NCBI GenBank assembly: GCA_002867475.1
Contig: PKTL01000069.1
Location: 9,382 to 73,381, forward strand
Reading direction: 5' to 3'
DNA: 64,000 nucleotides
Origin: Candidatus Woesearchaeota archaeon
GTDB taxonomy: Archaea; Nanobdellota; Nanobdellia; Woesearchaeales; BM511
In this document: one piece after another, positions 42,776 through 50,460 of the stretch
Position numbering within the stretch: position 1 is the stretch's first letter
Layout of the letters: each line of letters begins with the position of its first letter
The notes under the pieces: generated by a model
What the model was told of the DNA's origin: nothing
Databases searched by the model: none
What the model saw: the letters and a program-made list of their open reading frames with translations, nothing else
Made by a program: the position numbers and the translations under genes

Positions 42776-42797
42776 TTCGGCTCTTGAGTAATATTGT

Positions 42798-42886
42798 AAC
42801 TAACATCGCTGTTAAATGAGGTTTTCTGATAAGAAAATCTGGAAGAGCGCCGAGCCGAGGCGCGAATCATTTAATCGCTGTTAGAC
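42798..42886 (-). repeat. Site S4, full attC-like hairpin (89 bp)
   Basis: TAAC-A-TC-GC..TTAAATGA...TCATTTAA..GC-T-GTTA with two internal sub-hairpins. Confidence 0.85.
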
Positions 42887-43007
42887 GACCCGAACCATAC
42901 AAAGTGAAGGTGAGAGCGCAGCGTGGCAAGAAAATCTATGATTTTCGCAGAGTTCTTTTGTTTGCCCGTACATAAATTTAAATAGTTACTTTGAATTAAT
43001 AATTATA

Positions 43008-43850
43008 ATGGTTTCACTTAATAAATATCTTAATATTCTTCAAAGAGGAATTGATAACTTTATTAGTTTTGAATCTAATTCAATTTTAGAGAAAAAACAA
43101 TTCCAAGCTAATTTTAATAGTGATGAAATTGAAAAAATCATCGAAGTAATTGAAAATCAAATCAAAATCATAAAAAAAGCGATTAAGCATGCAGATTTTT
43201 ATCGAATTCATCTTGAAGTTATGAATAATAAAGAACTTGTTGCATACATGGAAATTAACAAGAGAGTTCCATATTTTGAGTTCCGTTATAATCAAGTTTT
43301 TTCTCAACAAAAAAAAGTGATGGAGAAAAGATTAAAAGAATTAAGTAAAGAACAATCTAAAGCAATCAGTTCATGGAATTCAATAATAGGAATCTTTAAT
43401 ATATTCTGCAACGAATCATTACATTTACTAAAAAAACAAAGAAGATATTTAGAAAAATATGAAAAAAATCCTGCAAAATATACAAAGAAAAGTTTGGGAA
43501 ATAAAATGAGGAAATTTCTTAAAAATGACTTTGAAGGATTATTAAAAATTGAGGAAAAATTATTTTTAACTGTTCTTTATTCAAGTAAAAAAGAATCAGA
43601 GAATTTGAGAGAATTTGGTAAGGAAATTGAAAAATTATTACATTTAGAGGAATTCAAAATGTATCCTCATATCCCTGGTTTAGTCCTAAACATTTTTCCT
43701 GAGGCAGGTTTATCAGATATAGCATCTGCACCATTTCATGCAGCAGGATTTTTTCTTAGTATAATTCAAAGAACCAACAAATATTACAAAGAGTGGAACG
43801 AATTCATTAAAGATAATGCTTTAAAGAGCAAACAAAAGAATTTTGTCTAA
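43008..43850 (+). CDS. Hypothetical helical protein (cassette D cargo)
   Basis: 280-aa ORF whose TAA stop lies in the GTCTAAC core. Confidence 0.75.
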   Translation: MVSLNKYLNILQRGIDNFISFESNSILEKKQFQANFNSDEIEKIIEVIENQIKIIKKAIKHADFYRIHLEVMNNKELVAYMEINKRVPYFEFRYNQVFSQQKKVMEKRLKELSKEQSKAISSWNSIIGIFNIFCNESLHLLKKQRRYLEKYEKNPAKYTKKSLGNKMRKFLKNDFEGLLKIEEKLFLTVLYSSKKESENLREFGKEIEKLLHLEEFKMYPHIPGLVLNIFPEAGLSDIASAPFHAAGFFLSIIQRTNKYYKEWNEFIKDNALKSKQKNFV

Positions 43851-43933
43851 CATCGCGATTAAGAGAAGTTATTTTGCAAAAATAATTTGGATGAGGGCGC
43901 TGCAAGGCCCGAATCTCTTAATCGCTGTTACAT
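43845..43933 (-). repeat. Site S5, full attC-like hairpin (89 bp)
   Basis: TAAC-A-TC-GCGATTAAGAGA...TCTCTTAATCGC-T-GTTA. Confidence 0.88.
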
Positions 43934-44043
43934 ACCCCGAAACAAAGCTTAACTTGTCGAAGACTAAGATTAAGCGACTTGAGAGTGCAACGAGGTCGAG
44001 AATTTATGAAATAAATTCGAAGAAGTTTTGTTTTTAGCGCCGT

Positions 44044-44298
44044 TTACAATTTCTTGTAAACCTTGCTTCGATGATCTGCATGAATGACATATATAATCAA
44101 TTTATTATCTTCAATGTCAGCGATTACTCTGTAATCTCCAACTCTTAATTTATATTCAGAACGACTTGATAATTTTACAAAGTAATGATGAGGGTTTTCT
44201 TTTGTTTCTTGAAGCTTCTTAAAAATTCTTTGAGAAATGTCTTTAGGTAATTTTTCTAAATATGTTGATACTTTTTCATCGAAAACTAATTCATACAT
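44044..44298 (-). CDS. relE: RelE/ParE-family toxin (cassette E)
   Basis: ENP....KL....YKLRVGDYRVI...HR..VY. Confidence 0.92.
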   Translation of the reverse strand: MYELVFDEKVSTYLEKLPKDISQRIFKKLQETKENPHHYFVKLSSRSEYKLRVGDYRVIADIEDNKLIIYVIHADHRSKVYKKL

Positions 44299-44299
44299 T

Positions 44300-44539
44300 T
44301 TACAATCCTAATCTTTTAGACATTTCTGCTTCAGAAACTAAATTTCCTTGTTTGATACGTGCTCTTGCTGCTTCAATAGCTTCAATAGTTTCTTTACTAA
44401 GCTCAGGTTCATCTTTAACATGTTTTACAATATGAACTAGTTTAGTAATCACTTCATCATAACTTTCATTACGATATTCTCTAAATTTATCAAGTTCGGA
44501 CTTTGTCCCGTCATGAATTTTAATAGTTGTCGCAGTCAT
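44300..44539 (-). CDS. Antitoxin (cassette E)
   Basis: TTIKI...K..L...ESYDEVI..L; directly upstream of relE. Confidence 0.8.
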   Translation of the reverse strand: MTATTIKIHDGTKSELDKFREYRNESYDEVITKLVHIVKHVKDEPELSKETIEAIEAARARIKQGNLVSEAEMSKRLGL

Positions 44540-44626
44540 TTTATATCACCTTTGAGTTTACTTCAGTATACCATAGTAAACTAAAGTATATAAATGTATG
44601 CTTTAAGGCGCTAAAAACAAAATTGT

Positions 44627-44688
44627 ATGTAACTTCGGGTTTTGACGAAGTTTTTCGTCAGAAAAATTTTGTTTAAACCCTGTTACGC
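44627..44688 (-). repeat. Site S6, attC-like hairpin (62 bp)
   Basis: GTAAC-T-TC-GGGTTT...AAACCC-T-GTTAC. Confidence 0.8.
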
Positions 44689-44969
44689 GAACCGAAAGCC
44701 TTTTGCTGAGGGAAGTTTTTGCTCGTGCTAATCTTAGTCAGACATACAATAATATATTATTATACTATGTATAATATATTATGTATGGTCTAGACTATCA
44801 AGATTAGTAGCACAGGAGTCAAACCTCCTTAGCACACAAAAAGTCTTAGTTCGAGCTCCACAGGGCTTGAATTTCGTAAAAAACTTTTTACGATGACTAT
44901 TTGCTTCTGAAATCGAAGCAGGCAAAAGCTATGCTGCTATTTTGTGCTAGAGCAAAAATTTTGCGTAAC
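44682..44969. other. Gene-less, highly structured cassette F
   Basis: No ORF in the track; nested inverted repeats across its length. Confidence 0.75.
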
Positions 44970-45056
44970 ATCGCGATTAAGAGAAGTTATTTTGGAACAA
45001 AATAATTTGGATGGAAAAGTCTGCAAGACTTTGGAATCTCTTAATCGCTGTTAGTT
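44963..45056 (-). repeat. Site S7, full attC-like hairpin (94 bp), close relative of S5
   Basis: Same outer stem as S5; different inner hairpin (AAAGTCTGCAAGACTTT). Confidence 0.88.
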
Positions 45057-45137
45057 TCTTCTGATAAGAACGAGGAATAACTGCAAGTGGTTTTTGACGA
45101 AGTCAAAAAATTCCGAAGAGTAATTTTTAGCCCCCAT

Positions 45138-45557
45138 TCAATATCTTTTAGTAATATAAAGAGTAGCTTTAAAATTATCAATATCTCCAGTTGAAAGAAA
45201 TCTACTTTCTAAACTTGGACCTAAGTATAAATTAGAAGTTTTATCAGCAGTAAAATTAGGCACTGGCATAATTCCTGCACACCCCATATACCCATCTTTT
45301 AGCTTTAATAATAAATCTTCTTCAGGTTCATCAAATTCAACCCCTGTTTGACTTAACATAAAATCAACTGGCGTAGAATAATTTTCTGCAAGTGAATATA
45401 ATCCTCTTCCAACAATAAAAATTGGACCTGTCATCACGATATGTTGAGGATTAAAAGGCATATCCTCTCCAGACATCATTCTTTGTGAGATTTCATTTCT
45501 CATAGATTCAATTGCAGCTTCAACAAAACCCATATGAATTGCGTTATTATCTTTCAT
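45138..45557 (-). CDS. Hypothetical protein (cassette G cargo)
   Basis: 139-aa ORF filling the cassette. Confidence 0.7.
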   Translation of the reverse strand: MKDNNAIHMGFVEAAIESMRNEISQRMMSGEDMPFNPQHIVMTGPIFIVGRGLYSLAENYSTPVDFMLSQTGVEFDEPEEDLLLKLKDGYMGCAGIMPVPNFTADKTSNLYLGPSLESRFLSTGDIDNFKATLYITKRY

Positions 45558-45622
45558 AAAAAGTGTAACTACTAAATAGTTTATATACTTTTCTTTTTTT
45601 AAAGGGGGCTAAAAATTATTGT

Positions 45623-45708
45623 AACTAACATCGGAATTTAACGAAGTCGCCGAAGGCGATTTGGGAAAAATGCGAGCCGAGCATTTTTCCGTTAAATTCC
45701 TGTTAGCC
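45623..45708 (-). repeat. Site S8, full attC-like hairpin (86 bp)
   Basis: CTAAC-A-TC-GGAATTTAACG...CGTTAAATTCC-T-GTTAG. Confidence 0.88.
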
Positions 45709-45941
45709 GACCCGCAGCTACGAGCGATGTTTTGAGCGGAGTGGCAAGGGCAAGGTTTAACTTGCTTGCAAGATTAAACCGCAGAGTTTTCTTACTGCCG
45801 AGAACTAGATAGGTGCCGTAGTTTTAACTTACTTTAGAAAAATCCTATACATAACGAGTGAAACGAGACAAATTAGTTCGCTAGAACTGGGGGCGTTCTT
45901 AAAAAAAATATTTTATGTTTAATAATTCATGAATTATTTTA

Positions 45942-47402
45942 TTAACATTTAATTGTGAATTTAATATTTATTGTTGAAGGGATATCTATTTCTATAAAAT
46001 CTGCTCGTAAAATTCCATTTTCTTCTATTCGAAATTGTGCATTAATTATATCATCATACTTATTTTGACCTAATTCAATACCACATTCTTTATCATCGCA
46101 CCATGAAGTATCTCTTTGAATATTTGTTGTGGTGTTTAAAGCATTTAATTCCATAAAACATTTTGATAAATTGTATTTATTTTCTTCCAATCTATATATG
46201 TATTCCCTATAATGTCCTACTGAATAATTTAATTTATTATTAATATAAATGCTTACTTTACAAGTATTATTTTCACAAGTTGTTAAATCATCATATTCAT
46301 ATCTTTTATTTCTATCTTCTTTAACAAAACCTTTAAGGATTAATTTTGAAATATTTTGATCTTTAATTTTAAATTTATTAAATTTTAATAGAATCATACC
46401 TTTATTTTCATTTAGCAAAATTTTTTCAAATCCGAATCTATCGAAAGAATCTTTTAAATTATTGTTTGAAATATCATAAAACCCATCAATTATTTTATTA
46501 TTTTTATCTGTTAATAATTCAAATTTATCATCATGATCCGCACTAGTATCTATATTATATTTTCCATAATTTATAGGTATTAGAGGTATAGTACTTGTCA
46601 TTAATCCAAAATTATTTTTGATTTTAATGGGGACTTCAATATTTCTATAAATATATTCACTATTGCCATGGTCAATATAATAATTTACTAATTTTTCATC
46701 ACCATATGAAAAAAATGGAATAGATATTATTGTTGATATTATACCTAATAAAATTATAATAGGAATTGCATAAATAATAAATTTTTTAGTATTAAAATTT
46801 TTTGCTAATTTTTCATTTTTATCCTTTTTTAGAAATTCCTTGATTGATTTATCAAAATTATTAAATATTGATTTGAAATAAACATTATAAATAATAAAAC
46901 AAATCATCAAAAGCATTAAAAAGAGTATAAATAATATGATTCCCTCAGCCAAAAATTCATGTAAATAAGGAATTAATGCAATAATAATAATATTTTTGAT
47001 GAGAATTATTAGAAAAAATAATTGGATAAATAATAAAGATATAAACCAATTTCCTAAATCTTTTTTTGAACATTTATGTTTGTTACGATAAATTATAAAA
47101 AAAATAAAAATAAAACCTATTCCTGCAAAAATAATCCCTAATTGTGTGATTTCCCAAGACTTAGAAATGTCAAAATCTAAATTAAACCTATTGCTAAAAT
47201 AAGTTCCTAAAAAGAAAGTAAATAAAGCAGTTATAAATAAAAAAAGCCAAATAACTATTAAATCAATTACAGAATTAGAATTATTCAATTTGAATTTTCC
47301 TTTATTTTGGAATTTTGACCATAGTAAAAAAGTTAATAATATTGAAACTACTAAATACCCAGGCATATTAACCAAAAGATCAAATAGATTTTCCCAACCC
47401 AT
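45942..47402 (-). CDS. Multi-TM membrane protein with soluble C-terminal domain (cassette H)
   Basis: 486 aa, very AT-rich, several TM segments. Confidence 0.7.
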   Translation of the reverse strand: MGWENLFDLLVNMPGYLVVSILLTFLLWSKFQNKGKFKLNNSNSVIDLIVIWLFLFITALFTFFLGTYFSNRFNLDFDISKSWEITQLGIIFAGIGFIFIFFIIYRNKHKCSKKDLGNWFISLLFIQLFFLIILIKNIIIIALIPYLHEFLAEGIILFILFLMLLMICFIIYNVYFKSIFNNFDKSIKEFLKKDKNEKLAKNFNTKKFIIYAIPIIILLGIISTIISIPFFSYGDEKLVNYYIDHGNSEYIYRNIEVPIKIKNNFGLMTSTIPLIPINYGKYNIDTSADHDDKFELLTDKNNKIIDGFYDISNNNLKDSFDRFGFEKILLNENKGMILLKFNKFKIKDQNISKLILKGFVKEDRNKRYEYDDLTTCENNTCKVSIYINNKLNYSVGHYREYIYRLEENKYNLSKCFMELNALNTTTNIQRDTSWCDDKECGIELGQNKYDDIINAQFRIEENGILRADFIEIDIPSTINIKFTIKC

Positions 47403-47539
47403 AAAATTATTTATTAAATCTTTTATTTAAAAAGCTTTCTTGTGAGTTTGCAAAGATTGGGATAAATTTCTCAATTATTTATCCCAAGACAGCGTTTAAA
47501 AAAGAAAGAGTTATATAATTAAATAATAAATTGAAATAG

Positions 47540-48205
47540 ATGTCAGAAAAATTAACAGGTTCAGAAATTGAAAAAAAAGTATATGAACACATTATAAAAA
47601 GTGTTGGTATGGGTTATACTACTGACTTTAATCCTTTAAATTTATCTACAGAAGGGATTGCTGATTGTCTTGGTTTATCAATGGAAGAAGTTGAAGAAGC
47701 AATCAACAAACTAAAAGGTGAAGGTGAATCAACCAATATTGAGAGAATAGAATCTGTGAAACCTAAATTTGAAATTTGGTTACCTAAAACTAAAAAAGGT
47801 AAAGAAGTTTTAGATGAATTATGTAATTCAGGCGTTGCTATTAAAGGTTCAATGCAATGGTTTTACACTTTTTTACTTTTGGCAGCTTCATATATTTTCA
47901 CATTTGAAAAACCATACTTAGCAAATGTGTTAGAATTAAAATCATTTAATGAGTATTTTGTATGGGCTGTTATTTTTACAGGGATTTCATCATACTTTGG
48001 AAGTTATTTGGCTCATAAATGGCATCAAATAAATTATGAAATGGAAAGAATAAAAGGCGGCAAATATTACATTTATGCATTTATATTATTGATTTCAGGA
48101 ATAATATATAGTTGGATGAAAGAAATAGATGTTGCACTTATCATTACAAGTGTAGGAACAATAGCAAATTTGGTATTAGTAATATATCAAATCATAAAAA
48201 AATAA
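47540..48205 (+). CDS. HTH-like N-terminus plus TM protein (cassette H)
   Basis: STEGIADCLGLSMEEVEEAI segment followed by TMs. Confidence 0.65.
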   Translation: MSEKLTGSEIEKKVYEHIIKSVGMGYTTDFNPLNLSTEGIADCLGLSMEEVEEAINKLKGEGESTNIERIESVKPKFEIWLPKTKKGKEVLDELCNSGVAIKGSMQWFYTFLLLAASYIFTFEKPYLANVLELKSFNEYFVWAVIFTGISSYFGSYLAHKWHQINYEMERIKGGKYYIYAFILLISGIIYSWMKEIDVALIITSVGTIANLVLVIYQIIKK

Positions 48206-48206
48206 A

Positions 48207-48917
48207 ATGGCAAAGAAAAAATCATATGAAGAAGGGAGTATTGCAGATTTTGCAGCTCAGGGATTAAAAAATATTAAGAAATTATCAGGAAGTTCTTTAA
48301 TGAGTGAAAAATTAGTTGGTTTAAGCACATTTTTATTTTCATTGGTATTTACCTTTAGTTTCGGTAAATGGTTAATACAACCCGAACAGTTATATGAAAT
48401 AAGTTCAGTAGTTATTTTAATTTTAGGATTAATGATTGGTCTAGGATTATCTTCAGGTTATTCATTTATATTGTTAGCAATTTCAGACTTTGCAAAAGAT
48501 AAAATTCAAAGTTTAAGATTAGGAATTGTTTTCTTATTTATTTCAATTCCTTTGTCAATAGCGGGATTAGCATTAAATTCAAACTTTTTCATAGCTTCTA
48601 GTTGGATATTAATTGTTGTTCAACTTGCATTAATCTTGTTAAGTTTCTTTTTTAGCTTTTCATCTCAGAGCATTCCAGATATTAAAGTAAATGCTTCAGG
48701 TATATGGAAATCTATAGGTAGAGCTGGGTCAATTGCAAGTATATTAGGTTTAGTATTGGCTGTTTTAGTAATACTCGCACCACAATATTTCGGACAAACA
48801 TTATACCAATGTATTGATGGAACTGTTCAAAAAAGTTTAGAAGCATGTCCAAATATAAAAGAATATTTAGTCACATTTGCTAAAGAACAAGGATATAATT
48901 TAACTAATATTAACTAA
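48207..48917 (+). CDS. Membrane protein (cassette H)
   Basis: Multi-TM ORF. Confidence 0.65.
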   Translation: MAKKKSYEEGSIADFAAQGLKNIKKLSGSSLMSEKLVGLSTFLFSLVFTFSFGKWLIQPEQLYEISSVVILILGLMIGLGLSSGYSFILLAISDFAKDKIQSLRLGIVFLFISIPLSIAGLALNSNFFIASSWILIVVQLALILLSFFFSFSSQSIPDIKVNASGIWKSIGRAGSIASILGLVLAVLVILAPQYFGQTLYQCIDGTVQKSLEACPNIKEYLVTFAKEQGYNLTNIN

Positions 48918-48944
48918 ATTAAAAAATATGGGGAAAAAATAAAA

Positions 48945-49250
48945 ATGGAAAATAAAGAAATATTTATTCAAGCTATAAATGAAAAAAAGAAAGTGAAAGT
49001 GAAAATCAATACTGATGAAAAAGGAATTATTATAAGAGATTGTATTCCTTTTGATTTCGGAACTGGTAAATTGCCAGGAATCAGATATCATTTTCTCGAT
49101 TTAACTAGTCCTGATGGACCTCACAATTTATCTGTTTTACCTAATAAATTATTAGAAATTGAAATTTTAGATGAAACATTTAATCCTGCTGATTACATTA
49201 AATGGAAACCTAATTGGAAATTAGCAAGAGATTGGGGAGAATTTTCTTAG
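48945..49250 (+). CDS. Hypothetical protein, possibly WYL-like fold (cassette H)
   Basis: AI..KK.V.....R.C.P.DFG....I.IL.ETF.P pattern resembles stand-alone WYL-like proteins. Confidence 0.55.
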   Translation: MENKEIFIQAINEKKKVKVKINTDEKGIIIRDCIPFDFGTGKLPGIRYHFLDLTSPDGPHNLSVLPNKLLEIEILDETFNPADYIKWKPNWKLARDWGEFS

Positions 49251-49496
49251 ATTTTAAGAACGCCCCTTTTTATTTTCTTTTTTTTCTAAAGTAAGTTAAA
49301 ATTTGGGTGGAGTGCGAGGTTTTCTCGTGCGTAACCGTTAAACATTTGTTAGATACAATCTTTCCAATGTATATTATACGAAGTTTTTTCTAAGCCTTCT
49401 CCTCTATGAGAAGAGCTTTCCCTTTTAACGAAGGCACCTACCTTTTTAGATTCCCGGGCACGTTTTGTCGTCTACAAAAGGCAGTAAGAAAATTTT

Positions 49497-49540
49497 GGCT
49501 AACATCTTTTAGGTGAATTTTTATGAGAATAAAAGATGTC
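49497..49540 (-). other. Candidate attI-like primary recombination site
   Basis: Minus strand CACCTAAAAGAT-GTTAGCC; last core before the integrase, with no closing GTTA box. Confidence 0.6.
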
Positions 49541-49596
49541 TTTTATTTTTAAGTTAAAACCCAGTTTTAGGTTTTGATATGTTTTTTGCTAAAGAC

Positions 49597-49797
49597 TTAT
49601 TTGTCTTTAGCGTGGCTGAGAAGCTCTTCATGGAGAAGCTCAAGCTTTTCAATTGTTCTTATGTGCATGTCTTTCATGACTGCGAACTGATATTTTTTAC
49701 TATTGTCTTTTTTTAGTAGCCAGTTCAACTTATTTGATAATCCTATTATTAGATCTTCATATTGTGTTAAGAGTTCGATTGCTTGTTTTTTATTCAT
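49597..49797 (-). CDS. Small hypothetical protein pointing into the array
   Basis: 66 aa, GAGGTGAT RBS at 49803-49810. Confidence 0.6.
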   Translation of the reverse strand: MNKKQAIELLTQYEDLIIGLSNKLNWLLKKDNSKKYQFAVMKDMHIRTIEKLELLHEELLSHAKDK

Positions 49798-49824
49798 TTT
49801 ATATCACCTCGATATGGCTAAATT

Positions 49825-49950
49825 CACTGGACAAGACAGCTCATGTAACCTTCGATTATGAAATAATCGATTGGTTCAATGAATGTTGTTGCAGTCCTGC
49901 TTTGTTATCGAGGTGAATTGAATAAAAATAGAGGCAGTGGACACTGGACA
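49825..49950. repeat. CA(C/G)TGGACA repeats, left cluster (49825, 49935, 49942)
   Basis: Same motif as the 51974-52042 cluster. Confidence 0.6.
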
Positions 49951-50014
49951 TAGTCAAATGAGATTTAAAAATCATAGATAACATTTAAATAATATGAGTG
50001 GCTATAAATTGAAT

Positions 50015-50233
50015 ATGACAAAATACACGGCATTTATACAAAAAGATGAAGATATGTATGTTGCTACATGTGTAGAACTTGGCACGGTTAGTCAAGGATA
50101 CACGGTTGAAGAAGCATTAGATAATCTAAAAGAAGCAACCGAACTTTACCTTGAAGAAATGCCAGGAGAAGAAGTTTCTGATTATTCTTTTACTACCACT
50201 TTTGAAGTTGGTGGTAAAAGTGTTAAAGCTTAA
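50015..50233 (+). CDS. hicB: HicB-family antitoxin
   Basis: YVA.C.EL...SQG.T.EEAL.NL.EA.ELYLE. Confidence 0.9.
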   Translation: MTKYTAFIQKDEDMYVATCVELGTVSQGYTVEEALDNLKEATELYLEEMPGEEVSDYSFTTTFEVGGKSVKA

Positions 50234-50450
50234 AAAAATTTCTGGAAAAAACTGTGTTAAACTAATTTGTAATAAGTTCAGTTTTAAATATGTTAGGCAA
50301 TCTGGAAGTCATATAATTCTTAAAAAAATAAGTGGAGATACCACAATTACTTGTGTTGTTCCTAATCATTCTGAAATTAAAATTAACACTCTGAAAGGAT
50401 TATTAAAACAAGCAAAAATTAGACAAGAGGATTTTATAAAATATCAATAG
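50220..50450 (+). CDS. hicA: HicA-family toxin
   Basis: RQSGSH....VVPNH.EI...TL...LKQA; GTG start after GGTGG. Confidence 0.88.
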   Translation: MLKLKKISGKNCVKLICNKFSFKYVRQSGSHIILKKISGDTTITCVVPNHSEIKINTLKGLLKQAKIRQEDFIKYQ

Positions 50451-50460
50451 AGGTGATAAA

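Larger units (their letters stand above)
40734..49520 (-). mobile_element. Integron-like cassette array, 8 cassettes: A 40747-41328, B 41335-42140, C 42153-42804, D 42880-43851, E 43927-44633, F 44682-44969, G 45050-45629, H 45702-49503
   Basis: Each unit starts GTTA and ends with a matching inverse TAAC core; units are separated by attC-like sites; adjacent divergent tyrosine recombinase. Confidence 0.88.

Noticed and set aside
40734-49503. CRISPR array reading of the recurring TAACATCGC..GTTA motif
   Set aside because: Units are 0.3-3.8 kb and mostly contain genes, repeats vary, and no cas genes are present.
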